Source of the DNA: an uncultured cyanobacterium
GTDB lineage: Bacteria; Cyanobacteriota; Cyanobacteriia; Cyanobacteriales; CAWCAG01
Assembly (NCBI GenBank): GCA_963803805.1
Contig: CAWDOD010000009.1
Span: 160,001 to 224,000, forward strand
Length of the DNA stretch: 64,000 nucleotides
Direction: 5' to 3'
The notes under the pieces are model-generated. The model saw only the letters and a list, made by a program, of their open reading frames with translations. It ran no database searches and was not told where the DNA came from. Below are positions 10,772-21,693 of the stretch, one piece after another; position 1 is the first letter of the stretch; each line of letters opens with the position of its first letter. The position numbers and the translations under genes were made by a program.

Positions 10772-11314
10772 ATGCAACGATTTCGTCAATATAGTGTTTT
10801 CACAGTAATAAGCATAGCCGTTGTATCTTTAACCACTAGTTGTGGCCCTTCCAAAATTTCCCAATGCAATCAGCTAATTGAAGTAATTAACAAAGGAGAA
10901 CCTTTAGCTAATGAATTTCAACAAGAAGCCACTAAATCAAATGCTATTTTTCAAGGAGGTGGTAAGATTAGCGAAGTTAAAAGTGAAGCTGCTGAAGTTG
11001 CCACAACTTTTGAGGAATTTTCTAATAAATGGGGGGCTTATAACCAAGAAGTTGAGGGTGTTGAGATAGTAGATGAAACTCTGATTGGCTTGCAAGGGCG
11101 TTATGTAGAAAATGGGGATAAATTTAGTGAAAGTATTCGTAGCATGAGTCAGTCAATGACCCAAATAAGCGAAATTGAGGAAAACCAGGAAGGTTTGCAA
11201 AGTCTTGAACAAATTTCTTCAGCTATTCAAACTGACTCCCAAGAATTAACTGATGTTGGACAAGAAAATAGCGAGGTAGTAGGAGAGATTAATAGTTATT
11301 GTGGTGCTACTTAA
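10772..11314 (+). CDS. Putative lipoprotein, alpha-helical
   Basis: Basic N-terminus, hydrophobic stretch and lipobox-like LTTSC; acidic helical body; GGGGA RBS upstream. Confidence 0.7.
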   Translation: MQRFRQYSVFTVISIAVVSLTTSCGPSKISQCNQLIEVINKGEPLANEFQQEATKSNAIFQGGGKISEVKSEAAEVATTFEEFSNKWGAYNQEVEGVEIVDETLIGLQGRYVENGDKFSESIRSMSQSMTQISEIEENQEGLQSLEQISSAIQTDSQELTDVGQENSEVVGEINSYCGAT

Positions 11315-11316
11315 AG

Positions 11317-12774
11317 CTAATTATCTTTAGCTCCTGAGTTTTTGAGCAAATCTACTACCTTAGTATAGCCATTAAACTGAGCAAGCATAGTTGCAGTATA
11401 ACCACCCTTATTTTCGTAGTCTAATTCTATAGCTTCTACCCTCACCAACATCTCAACTACCTGAAGATAACCCCGATGGGCTGCCCACATCAAAGCTGTA
11501 GCCCCCGCCTCATCGCGTAAATTAACGTCTGCATTAGCAAGAAGCAACTTTTCTATCATTGCTATATCTCCTCTATCGGCTGCAACCATCAAAACCGTCT
11601 TGCCATCAGGCATTCGAGTATTAGGGGCTGCACCTCCTTGAAGTAGTCTATCTACTACATCTGTCCAACCTTGAGATACAGCTAAAGATAAAGGTGTTTC
11701 CTGTTGATTACTAATATTAACCTCTGCCCCTGCTTGAATTAGAGTAGTGACAACTTGAGGGTGTCCCTGTAAGGCAGCTAACATTAGGGGTGTATCTCCT
11801 AATTTATTTTTTCGATTTACATCCGCACCAGCTTCTACTAAGGCAGCTATCACTTCTTGATAACCTTCTACTGCCCCAAAGTGTAGGGCAGTTTCGCCAT
11901 CTTCATCTTGGCAATTGACTTCTGCCCCTGCTGCTAATAAAACTGCGATCGCTTCTACCTCGTTAGCCGCAGCGACTGCCATTAAAGCTGTCCCTCCTTC
12001 AGGAGTTCGGGCATTGACATCAGCACCAACTTGGAGTAATTTCTGCACCACAGCCGTCATACCTTGGTTCGCTGCTGACATCAACAAGGTTTCCCCTTCC
12101 TCATTAACAAAATTAACTTCGTTACAGTAGTTAATTAGTAGTTGGGCAAAAGAAGAGTTATTTGAATTAATAACCTCCTGTAAATCTCTAGGAGTAGCAA
12201 CTATACCAAACTTTAACAAAGCCTTAGCTACCTCTAAATTACCTCTTGCCACTGCTAAGCTCAAAGCATTACCTCCTAGTTGAGGATCAGCCCCCGTAGT
12301 TAATAAAGCTTGGACAATACCCACATTCCCCTGTTCAATAGCCAAATTCAGAGCAGTATCCCCATCGTGATCCTTAACATTAACTTCTGCCCCAGCTTCC
12401 AATAGCTTTTGAACAATAGGTAAATTACCTTTATGGGCCGCTACCATCAAAGCAGGGGTTCCATCATCATTAACCTGGTTAACCTCTGCACCAGCCTCCA
12501 GTAAAACCTCTACCACATCCTTCTGATTAGCTGCGGCAGCCAACATCAAGGCTGTTAAGCCATAGCGTCTTCGAGGTTGATTAACTTTAGCCCCCCCTTG
12601 AATTAATAACAAGACTATTTCTGTATAGCCTTGCTGGGAAGCAAACATTAAAGCCGTTGTGCCGTCTCTGTCTTCCCCGTCAACATCAACATTATGATTT
12701 AGTAATGTTTTCACTTCCTCAAGATTGCCCCCACGGGCAGCGATAATTAAGGAAGAATCCTGTTTAGAAATCAC
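11317..12774 (-). CDS. Ankyrin repeat protein
   Basis: Repeated G-x-T-[AP]-L-M-x-A-A...LL-x-x-GA-x-VN units across the whole protein. Confidence 0.93.
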   Translation of the reverse strand: MISKQDSSLIIAARGGNLEEVKTLLNHNVDVDGEDRDGTTALMFASQQGYTEIVLLLIQGGAKVNQPRRRYGLTALMLAAAANQKDVVEVLLEAGAEVNQVNDDGTPALMVAAHKGNLPIVQKLLEAGAEVNVKDHDGDTALNLAIEQGNVGIVQALLTTGADPQLGGNALSLAVARGNLEVAKALLKFGIVATPRDLQEVINSNNSSFAQLLINYCNEVNFVNEEGETLLMSAANQGMTAVVQKLLQVGADVNARTPEGGTALMAVAAANEVEAIAVLLAAGAEVNCQDEDGETALHFGAVEGYQEVIAALVEAGADVNRKNKLGDTPLMLAALQGHPQVVTTLIQAGAEVNISNQQETPLSLAVSQGWTDVVDRLLQGGAAPNTRMPDGKTVLMVAADRGDIAMIEKLLLANADVNLRDEAGATALMWAAHRGYLQVVEMLVRVEAIELDYENKGGYTATMLAQFNGYTKVVDLLKNSGAKDN

Positions 12775-12956
12775 AATTTATCCAATCAACAACAATCTGT
12801 CTATCCCCAGATTAAATGATCAATGTTTAATGATAAATAGTTAATAATTACCTTTTCTTTCCCCTGCTGACTACTTCCCACTCTCCACTCCCTTCAGATC
12901 AATATTTAGTTGTGTTAAGTTAACTTTCATAAACTTGGAGATACAAGGAGAATACA

Positions 12957-13427
12957 ATGAGTCCAGACACAATAGAAACCCTCAAATTTTGGTCACAATT
13001 TTTTCATCCAGTATTAATGTGGACAATCTTGGGAACCACAATTTATGCTTTGTATCTTGGCATTCAGATCATCCGTACTCGCAATGCGGATAAAGAACAG
13101 AGAAAGGAATTAGTTAAAAAGAATTTCCGAGACAGACACCATTTAATTGGTTCAGCCCTTCTCGCTTTTCTAGTTTTGGGTAATCTTGGCGGGATGGCTA
13201 TCACTTATATTAACAATGGTAAGCTCTTTGTAGGACCTCACTTACTAGTAGGTTTAACCATGACTGGCTTAATGGCAGTTGCCGCATCCTTAGTACCTTT
13301 AATGCAAAAAGGAAATACCATAGCCAGAAGTAGCCACATTGCTATTAATGTTACCTTGCTAGGCTTATTTGGTTGGCAAGCTGTGACAGGAATGCAGATT
13401 GTTCAAAAGATTATTAGCAAGATGTAG
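12957..13427 (+). CDS. DUF4079-like membrane protein
   Basis: FHPVLMW, HHLIGS, NNGKLFVGPHLLVGL, HIAIN: four His-bearing TM helices; GGAG RBS. Confidence 0.75.
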   Translation: MSPDTIETLKFWSQFFHPVLMWTILGTTIYALYLGIQIIRTRNADKEQRKELVKKNFRDRHHLIGSALLAFLVLGNLGGMAITYINNGKLFVGPHLLVGLTMTGLMAVAASLVPLMQKGNTIARSSHIAINVTLLGLFGWQAVTGMQIVQKIISKM

Positions 13428-13429
13428 AC

Positions 13430-13477
13430 AAAAAATATCTATGGGCAGGTTAACCACACCCGCTCATAGATATTTTT
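13430..13477. terminator. Bidirectional intrinsic terminator between convergent genes
   Basis: aaaaatatctatgggcag...ccgctcatagatattttt inverted repeat with A and T tails. Confidence 0.7.
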
Positions 13478-14189
13478 AATGATTCGATAATTTTTGTTCT
13501 AGCTTCCTTGATTGATTTCCTGGCATTGGTAGCTCGAAGCGAGTATGGAAATCCTGTTGTACTTTGTAGGTTAAGCGACGGGAAACCTGACGGACAATTT
13601 CCGTTAAAACGCGATCGCCAGTTTTTTGGATTAGAGATTGGGGTAACTTGTAAATAAACTGGGGAAACCTAATAGCAACTCCTAAGTTAAGATTCCACTC
13701 AAGGCGAGTGACTATTTGAGGCATTTGGAAATCTTTACCTGAGTATAGCGAGGAGAAATCTTCTTCTAGATCCTTGCTATCGATTTCTGTCAGTTGCATA
13801 GCTGCATCATACTCCACATCGTAGCCTGGGCAACTGTAGCCTGGTACGGGAACTCTTTTCATGTGATAAATTCCTTCTTCTGGAGGCAGTAACTCCACCG
13901 CAATTTTCGGTTCCACCTCATAGCCAAAAGAACCAAAACGCCCGATAATTAAGATATAACTATTTTCCCCCAAAGGCTCCACTGCCATTGGCTGAGCGCA
14001 ACTGCTAAACCAGTCTTCATGAGAGTCTAGATAAGAAGCAACAGTTTGGGGATCGCTATACATTTCCATAGAACCTTGAAAATAACTAGAAAAGTTAGTT
14101 GGTTCTTTTTCAACTGTTTCTTGTTGCTTTTGAAGTTGAGAATTGTTTTTTAAGAGCGGAAATTTAGTATTAGAAAGCAATTCAGACAA
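13476..14189 (-). CDS. DUF1997-like conserved cyanobacterial protein
   Basis: YLDSHEDWFSSCAQPM, GRFGSFGYEVEPKI, LIQKTGDRVLTEIVRQVSRRLTYKVQQDFH. Start codon uncertain (TTG). Confidence 0.7.
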   Translation of the reverse strand: MSELLSNTKFPLLKNNSQLQKQQETVEKEPTNFSSYFQGSMEMYSDPQTVASYLDSHEDWFSSCAQPMAVEPLGENSYILIIGRFGSFGYEVEPKIAVELLPPEEGIYHMKRVPVPGYSCPGYDVEYDAAMQLTEIDSKDLEEDFSSLYSGKDFQMPQIVTRLEWNLNLGVAIRFPQFIYKLPQSLIQKTGDRVLTEIVRQVSRRLTYKVQQDFHTRFELPMPGNQSRKLEQKLSNH

Positions 14190-14565
14190 TCCATCCTATC
14201 GATTGTTAACAACTGGCAACGGCATAAAAGCCTTTGATTATTTGTCCTTGGTCGGAAAGAGCAGCTAACTTAGCACAAAAGCAATAGGCTGAGAGTTTAA
14301 CTCTTTCCAGCTTAGCTCAGAGGTTAATGTTTATCCCCATACCTTAAGTTACTCAACATAATTAAATTATTCCCTGAAAATTTCTTTAATTATCTAACTA
14401 AGTACTGAATACTACTCTTGAAAACCTTATTTGTCTGGGGTGGAAAGCCGAATCATCAAACTTCGGGAAACTTCTAAATCCTTATCTAAGATAATAAAGA
14501 AATAAGATTTTGCGGCCACCAAAGTAAATTTTGTTATTTATCTAAACCTATTCAAGGAGATTTCT

Positions 14566-15222
14566 ATGAAAGTATTTGTAGCCGGAGCTACAGGACAAAC
14601 CGGAAGACGTATTGTCAAAGAGTTAGTTGAACGTAATATTCCTGTCCGGGCTTTAGTGAGAAACTTAGAAAAAGGTCAAGAGCTACTTCCCACAGCAGCA
14701 GAATTGGTTGTAGGAGATGTGCTGAAGCTAGAAAGTCTTGCAGAAGCCATGGGTGATAGTACAGTAGTGATTTGCGCTACTGGCGCGGCTCCTAGCCTTG
14801 ATCCTACCGGCCCTTATCAAATAGATTATCAAGGAACAAAAAACCTCGTCACAGCTTCTCAAGGTAAGGGCATTGAGCATTTTGTCTTGGTATCATCTCT
14901 GTGTGTATCGAAATTCCTTCATCCCCTCAACCTATTCTGGTTAATTTTAGTGTGGAAAAAACAAGCAGAAGAATATATTGCTAAAAGTGGTTTAACTTAT
15001 ACTATTGTCCGACCTGGTGGCTTAAAGAACGAAAATAACTCAGACTCTATTGTTATGTCAGCAGCAGATACTCTTTTTGACGGCAGTATCCCCCGTGGTA
15101 AGGTAGCCAAGGTTTGCGTAGAAGCACTTTTTCAGCCAGAGGCCAAGAATAAGATTGTGGAGATTGTGGCTAAACCAGAAGCACCACAACGTAGTTTAGA
15201 AGAGTTATTTGCTACGGTTTAA
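14566..15222 (+). CDS. NAD(P)H-binding atypical SDR-family oxidoreductase
   Basis: VAGATGQTG, IDYQGTKNL, YTIVRPGGL; AGGAG RBS. Confidence 0.88.
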   Translation: MKVFVAGATGQTGRRIVKELVERNIPVRALVRNLEKGQELLPTAAELVVGDVLKLESLAEAMGDSTVVICATGAAPSLDPTGPYQIDYQGTKNLVTASQGKGIEHFVLVSSLCVSKFLHPLNLFWLILVWKKQAEEYIAKSGLTYTIVRPGGLKNENNSDSIVMSAADTLFDGSIPRGKVAKVCVEALFQPEAKNKIVEIVAKPEAPQRSLEELFATV

Positions 15223-15249
15223 TTAGACTGAAATTTTTATTAGTCAACA

Positions 15250-15903
15250 ATGAGCCAAGAAAGTACGCAAAAAAGAAGTATTTTTGTTAATGCTGCTGTG
15301 GTAATTGCGCTAATTTTTTTGTTAGCCAATGTAGAGCAGTTTCTTCGTCAACAACAGAGTGATCCTACCTTGCCAAGGGGGATTTATGGTACTCAGCCTT
15401 TAGTTATGAGAGGAGGAGATCCTTATATTCGCGCTTTAATGCGTACAATTACAGCCAGCGAAGCTAATGATCCTCGTCCTTACTCCCTTATTTATGGTGG
15501 CAGTCGTGCTAAGGATTTAAGCAAACATCCTGAGACTTGTATCACCATTCGAGTAGGACCAAATCGAGGTAATTGTTCCACAGCAGCAGGAAGATATCAG
15601 TTTCTCAATACTACTTGGCGCAAACAAGCAGAACGTTATAACTCCAAAACTAGTGGGTTTTTGTGGGGGCGGACTTACAGTTTTGAGCCTATGTATCAAG
15701 ATCAAGTTGTCCACGATTGGTTGAGCGATCCCCAAGCTTGGGGAGTAGATATTGCCCAATTATTACGCCAGGGCAAGATAGAACAAGTTTTGCGTTTGCT
15801 CTCTGGGACTTGGACAAGTTTGGGGTACGGTATTGAAACCAATTCTATGAGCCGTCATTTACCGAAAATTTATCAGAAAATGTTACAAGAAGAATTACCT
15901 TAA
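15250..15903 (+). CDS. Lambda-lysozyme-like muramidase/lytic transglycosylase with N-terminal membrane anchor
   Basis: RALMRTITASEA (catalytic Glu position), YSLIYGG, STAAGRYQFLNTTW, WTSLG; hydrophobic segment at about residues 11-28. Confidence 0.8.
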   Translation: MSQESTQKRSIFVNAAVVIALIFLLANVEQFLRQQQSDPTLPRGIYGTQPLVMRGGDPYIRALMRTITASEANDPRPYSLIYGGSRAKDLSKHPETCITIRVGPNRGNCSTAAGRYQFLNTTWRKQAERYNSKTSGFLWGRTYSFEPMYQDQVVHDWLSDPQAWGVDIAQLLRQGKIEQVLRLLSGTWTSLGYGIETNSMSRHLPKIYQKMLQEELP

Positions 15904-15918
15904 TTGAGGATTGAGTTA

Positions 15919-15951
15919 GGGCAACCGCACAAAGTTAAAGTTCGGTTGCCC
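15919..15951. terminator. GC-rich hairpin between convergent muramidase gene and hetR
   Basis: gggcaaccg / cggttgccc 9-bp stem. Confidence 0.5.
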
Positions 15952-16033
15952 CCAAAAGTAAGTACCTGGCATAACTTGTTCAGAAAAATAGTTATTAGAT
16001 AGCAATATTCTCACTAAACTGACAACTGATACT

Positions 16034-16049
16034 TAACGGCAACGGCAAG
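16034..16049 (+). repeat. Small dispersed repeat, copy 1
   Basis: taacggcaacggcaag, a 16-nt identity with 56030-56045, within aactgac/aactgat repeats. Confidence 0.55.
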
Positions 16050-16068
16050 GGATACATTGATAACTGAT

Positions 16069-16980
<912 letters not shown>

Positions 16981-17139
16981 TTACGTTCGGGCGGGACAAC
17001 TAGTGTAGTAATAAATTGCTCTGCTTTACCAATGGTTGATCCAAGATGCTTGAACCAACTCCCAATAACTCCAAGCACCCCGATGAAAAAATATATACCA
17101 TTATATTTTATAATTGCTTAACTTGGGAAATTCTTCAAC

Positions 17140-17170
17140 AAAAGAAAAAGCTCTGCCGTTTTGGACAGAG
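17140..17170 (-). terminator. Probable terminator/attenuator between patX and hetR
   Basis: Minus strand CTCTGTCC-AAAAC-GGCAGAG followed by CTTTTTCTTTT. Confidence 0.5.
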
Positions 17171-17216
17171 ACTTGATTGAGATTGTTGTTAAGAAAATAA
17201 TTTCTTCTTAAGGAAC

Positions 17217-17432
17217 TTAGCCTTGAAAAGGGCCAGTATCAAAACGACCACTTCCTCTTTCAGCTAGGATAGTTCCTTCTTCTAAGTTGAAGTGAGAAGA
17301 TTGAACTTGAGTGAGATTAGCGTAGGCAAAGCCCGCCGCAGGTATTGCAGAGTCACTTTCTATTGTTCCTAACTGGAAAGATAGGGAAAGAGATAGTATA
17401 CTCAACAACACAACAGCAATAATTTTTTTCAT
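17217..17432 (-). CDS. patX: PatX-type RGSGR signalling peptide precursor (71 aa)
   Basis: MKKIIAVVLLSILSLSLSF signal-peptide-like start; ERGSGR encoded at 17244-17261; GGAG RBS at 17440-17443; lies between an FAD oxidoreductase gene and hetR. Confidence 0.88.
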   Translation of the reverse strand: MKKIIAVVLLSILSLSLSFQLGTIESDSAIPAAGFAYANLTQVQSSHFNLEEGTILAERGSGRFDTGPFQG

Positions 17433-17464
17433 GACATAGCTCCACATCAGGGTTTCTATATTCC

Positions 17465-17493
17465 TGATACGGAGGCAATCCCTTATGTCCGGA
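17465..17493 (-). promoter_or_regulatory. DIF1-type promoter of patX (TCCGGA-N17-GTA)
   Basis: TCCGGA at 17488-17493, 17-nt spacer CATAAGGGATTGCCTCC, then GTATCA, about 30 nt before the ATG. Confidence 0.75.
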
Positions 17494-17576
17494 TAAGCTT
17501 TCTTCAGAGCAAAATAGGTAGGGATAAGTTAGAAATTTTTGGTACGGAAAACCAAACTGGTGAGTATGTTGACTCC

Positions 17577-19331
17577 CTAATCTGGAATTATTTGCTCGGC
17601 TGCGAACCAGTTGCCACTGGGGTTGTACTGCCCTGAAATAGAAATAGATTTGTGGTGAGGATAGTTTGATAGTTGTTGGTGAATTTCTGGATGTAGAGTA
17701 ACTATCCTCAAATTTTGTCTGAGTATAACCTGATGCTTGTTAAGTTCTAGACTATACTCCCCTCGATTTTGTTTCTGGAAAATTCCGGAAACTATCTCTG
17801 TGTCAGAGTTAAATATGGTTTTACTCTCTTTGCAAGGGCTGTTGCCATCTTGAGGATAGGCTTCAGGATGTTCTAGGTAGTAACGCTGCCATTGTAGCCA
17901 TTCTGGGTGTTCCGGGGGTAAGTTAAATAAGGGAATAATTGCTGCTGGGGCTATGGTATCTGTCAATAAAGCTTCTTGCAGTTTGCTTACAGATAACTGC
18001 CAAGGCTGACATTGAGATTTCACACACAAAGCTGCTGCCATACCTGTAGCTTGCCCTATATTCATAACTAGAGGTTGTAAGCGGGTAGAACCATTAGCAA
18101 TGTGAGAAACGGAGATATTCTTTTCACACACCAATAAACCTTCTGTCAAAACAGGTACAAGGGCATAGTAAGGGATTGTAAAAGGCGTACCAGTCCATCT
18201 CCCCCCCCATATTAAGGATTTAGGTTGAACGGGAAAATCTCTACCAGGATAGTGATGATCGTTGGCATAGTTGCCTACAGCAATAGAACTAACTGTACCT
18301 TCATTTGTTTTAGATAAAGGTGCAACAAAACCTCCTTCGATAGGTAAAATACTCTTTTCTGTGACTGTTTCTAGCCCCAGTAAGCGCCGACTTTCTCGGT
18401 AATAGGGATGGAGTGCTAAAGCACCATTACCAAGGGAGTGAGGGAAAATGTCTTTAGCTAAGCCGTAGTGTTTACCAAGATGAGTTTGAATGTAACGGGC
18501 AAAACTGAGACTATGGTTAATAGCTTCTTGGTGAAACTCTCTTTTCGCTATATCCGATTCGATGAGGCGTTGTAAATTTTCCCCGTAGTCGTTGCCACAT
18601 TGCGGCCAGTTAAGCATAAAAAGACCACCAGGTAAGCGACCATAGTTAAGAAATTCTTCTTCTCCATAACCTTGCCAAGCCCCTTCAAAAGAGTTTTTTT
18701 CCTCAGCTTTAATTTCTGGTGCTTCCTTACCTTCCCCATAATCTTGCAGCATAACTACCCAAGTTGGGGATTGAATGGGATAGCGTTTGGTTAATTCATT
18801 TTCAGAAGTAGGGGCGCTTGGTTCATTAAAATCCTTTTGTAGTTCCCAACCCCAACGTGATGGTACATCTGCTAAAGCGAGAATATCCCCTAATTCTGTG
18901 CCATCTAGGGTTATTTGGGCTTTAATAAGAAAGTCAGCAAAGCGAACCCCAGTAACACGGTTTTCTTTGCACAATACTTCCAAGGGAACCTGCCCCTTAA
19001 TCCAGTGTAAGTTAGGTAATGCTTCTACCCAATCAGCAAAAATTTTAGACCCCACTTGAGGATGATAGCTAAACATACTTACCCAGCTATTAGCTAATCC
19101 TCCTTTTTGCCTAATTTCTAATTCCCTTAAAAATGCTCCCCACAAACCAGTTTGCCAAGGTACTAATTCATTACCATCAGGGGCGCAGACTCCGGCGGAA
19201 GTTAGCATTCCTCCTAACCAAAGAAATTCGCTAACAAGGGTAGTTTTGACTCCACAACGGGCAGCTTGAATAGCCGCAGCAGTTCCCCCTGTACCTCCTC
19301 CTACCACTAAAATATCTGTTGTGAGCTTCAT
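17577..19331 (-). CDS. FAD-dependent oxidoreductase
   Basis: DILVVGGGTGGTAAAIQAAR, GGMLTSAGV, YYRESRRL, EKNISVSHIANGSTRLQP. Confidence 0.88.
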   Translation of the reverse strand: MKLTTDILVVGGGTGGTAAAIQAARCGVKTTLVSEFLWLGGMLTSAGVCAPDGNELVPWQTGLWGAFLRELEIRQKGGLANSWVSMFSYHPQVGSKIFADWVEALPNLHWIKGQVPLEVLCKENRVTGVRFADFLIKAQITLDGTELGDILALADVPSRWGWELQKDFNEPSAPTSENELTKRYPIQSPTWVVMLQDYGEGKEAPEIKAEEKNSFEGAWQGYGEEEFLNYGRLPGGLFMLNWPQCGNDYGENLQRLIESDIAKREFHQEAINHSLSFARYIQTHLGKHYGLAKDIFPHSLGNGALALHPYYRESRRLLGLETVTEKSILPIEGGFVAPLSKTNEGTVSSIAVGNYANDHHYPGRDFPVQPKSLIWGGRWTGTPFTIPYYALVPVLTEGLLVCEKNISVSHIANGSTRLQPLVMNIGQATGMAAALCVKSQCQPWQLSVSKLQEALLTDTIAPAAIIPLFNLPPEHPEWLQWQRYYLEHPEAYPQDGNSPCKESKTIFNSDTEIVSGIFQKQNRGEYSLELNKHQVILRQNLRIVTLHPEIHQQLSNYPHHKSISISGQYNPSGNWFAAEQIIPD

Positions 19332-19487
19332 TTATCATTTCTATCCATTCGAGTTCCAACTCCAGACTTATGATTATGGCACTACACAAGTTTTAAGTAG
19401 CTATCCAAAATTAATTGTATTTTTAGTAAAAGACTATAAGGTCTAACCTGTAATCACTCTTGCTAAGACTGCTATGGTTTTATTGTA

Positions 19488-20267
19488 CTACTGCAAGATT
19501 TTTCGCGACCAAACTTTATAAGTATCTCCTAAAGGAGGTTGGGGTTCACTAGTATAATCAATCTGATAATCATAACCTGCTCGTTCATAAATCTGGTTAA
19601 ATATTGCTTGTAAATCTACTAAAGGTTCTGTATCTTCAGACTGCAAAGGTAAAGAGAAAGCTGGTAATTTATCAGGAAGATTAAACGCATATAAGTCAGC
19701 ACTGGGACGTTGTACTGTGCGACTAACTAAAACTCTGTAATCTGCATCTAGATCATTATTTAAAATGGGCATTGCTTGCCATCCTCTCAACAAATCTATT
19801 TCTACGAAATTAGTCGAACTTTCTAAGATTTGCTGACGCTTTTTAAGGTAAGTTCCTCTTCCTTCACCAGAACATTTGTTGACTGGAGAAAGAACTTCAA
19901 TTGCCGTAATTACTTTGCCTGTTGCCAAATCCTTGACTTCTAGATATGCTTGTTTAATTTCTTCTAACATTGGGACTAAAACTTTGACGAGTTTTGTCTC
20001 TACAGAAGTAACTGCGACATTAGAATTATTGATTTTAGGTACGTTAGATTGATGTGCAACTGCAACATCAGGAATACCAATTAGTAAAGAATTATCATCG
20101 TTGTTACTGGTAATTTGGTAGATGCGCTTTTCAATAGCAACTTTGTATTTAGGACGTACTTGAGGAACTAAAGCATCAGCGATCGCCACAATTAAGCGAC
20201 TGTGTACTTCTGGCCAGAAATCCGGATGTTCTAAATAAGGGTCGATTCCTGGAAAGGGAGAAGCCAT
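19488..20267 (-). CDS. DUF4058-like protein
   Basis: MASPFPGIDPYLE, IEVLSPVNK, EIDLLR, DLQAIFNQIYERAGY. Start moved to ATG 20267. Confidence 0.8.
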   Translation of the reverse strand: MASPFPGIDPYLEHPDFWPEVHSRLIVAIADALVPQVRPKYKVAIEKRIYQITSNNDDNSLLIGIPDVAVAHQSNVPKINNSNVAVTSVETKLVKVLVPMLEEIKQAYLEVKDLATGKVITAIEVLSPVNKCSGEGRGTYLKKRQQILESSTNFVEIDLLRGWQAMPILNNDLDADYRVLVSRTVQRPSADLYAFNLPDKLPAFSLPLQSEDTEPLVDLQAIFNQIYERAGYDYQIDYTSEPQPPLGDTYKVWSRKILQ

Positions 20268-20357
20268 AGCCTTAAACTCCAAGTTAGCACTTCTTACTAT
20301 TTGTAGTTTAACATTAGTGCCAAGATAATTAATAACAAAGCTTGCAAGTATTTTCTG

Positions 20358-21689
20358 ATGACTAAGTGGGATGAATTTATTACTGAACTTGATAATATTG
20401 AAACTATTACTGAACCTGATCGTGTTGCCAAACTTTCTTTAGATTACTATCATTTTAGCCCGATATTAAAACCTCAATTAGCAGATAAAAGAGGAGATAT
20501 TGTAGTACGCCCTAGTAATGAAAAAGAAGTTATACAAATAGCTAAAGTTTGTGTCAAGTATCGAGTTCCTCTAACTATAAGAGGGGCAGGCACAGGAAAT
20601 TATGGACAGTGTGTTCCTTTGCAAGGAGGAGTTATTCTTGATACTACGAAAATGAACAAAATAGTTGACCTTAAACCAGGAGTTGCCCGGGTTGAACCAG
20701 GGGTACGACTAGCAGCATTTGATAAGCAAGGGAGGGGGATGGGTTGGGAGTTGCGGATGTATCCTTCTACTTACCGTACAGCGACTATTGGGGGTTTTGT
20801 TGGTGGTGGTAGTGGGGGCATCGGTTCAGTTAATTATGGGGGATTAAGCGATCGCGGTAATATTTTGGCGGTTAAAGTTGTTACCTTGGAAAAGGAACCA
20901 CGAGTTTTAGAATTGCGGGGAGATGAAGTTCAAAAAGTAAATCATGCTTACGGCACAAATGGTATCATTACTCAATTAGAAATTCCTCTTGCTTTAGCTT
21001 ATCCTTGGGCAGAAATAATTGTCACTTTTCAAGACTTTATGGATGCAGCAAAATTTGGGCAGGCTTTGACAGATGCAGACGGTTTAATTAAAAAGTTAGT
21101 TAGTATCCATGCTTCACCAATTCCTAATTACTTTACTCCTTTGCAAGATTATCTTCCTAATGGGGAACACTGCGCCTTATTAATGGTGGCTGAAAGTTGT
21201 TTAGAACCATTGTCAAGTTTAGTAGCAGAATATCAAGGGAAAATTACCTATCAAAAACCTTCTGTAGAAGCGAAAAGGGGCGTAAGTTTAGCAGAATTTA
21301 CTTGGAATCATACAACTCTCCATGGTCGTAGCGCTGATCATAATTTAACCTATTTGCAGAGTGTTTTTCCCTACGATCCTCAACTAAAATTAGTAGAGCA
21401 AATGTACGAATATTTTGGGGAAGAGGTGATGATACATTTAGAATTTATGCGATCCCAAGGTAGAGGGGTAGCCGGTGGACTTCAATTGCTTCGTTATACT
21501 AATGAAGAACGTTTGCAAGAAATTATTGCTTACCACGAAAATAAAGGGGTATTTATTGCTAATCCCCACACCTATATTTTAGAAGATGGTGGCAAAAAGA
21601 CTATAGATAATCAACAATTGAATTTCAAAAAATTAGCTGATCCTTTTGGTTTACTTAATCCTGGTAAAATGCGTGGATGGGATAGCTAA
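20358..21689 (+). CDS. FAD-binding oxidoreductase (GlcD/VAO-like fold)
   Basis: RGAGTGNYGQCVP, PSTYRTATIGGF, HAYGTNGII, DPFGLLNPGK. Confidence 0.85.
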   Translation: MTKWDEFITELDNIETITEPDRVAKLSLDYYHFSPILKPQLADKRGDIVVRPSNEKEVIQIAKVCVKYRVPLTIRGAGTGNYGQCVPLQGGVILDTTKMNKIVDLKPGVARVEPGVRLAAFDKQGRGMGWELRMYPSTYRTATIGGFVGGGSGGIGSVNYGGLSDRGNILAVKVVTLEKEPRVLELRGDEVQKVNHAYGTNGIITQLEIPLALAYPWAEIIVTFQDFMDAAKFGQALTDADGLIKKLVSIHASPIPNYFTPLQDYLPNGEHCALLMVAESCLEPLSSLVAEYQGKITYQKPSVEAKRGVSLAEFTWNHTTLHGRSADHNLTYLQSVFPYDPQLKLVEQMYEYFGEEVMIHLEFMRSQGRGVAGGLQLLRYTNEERLQEIIAYHENKGVFIANPHTYILEDGGKKTIDNQQLNFKKLADPFGLLNPGKMRGWDS

Positions 21690-21693
21690 ATAA

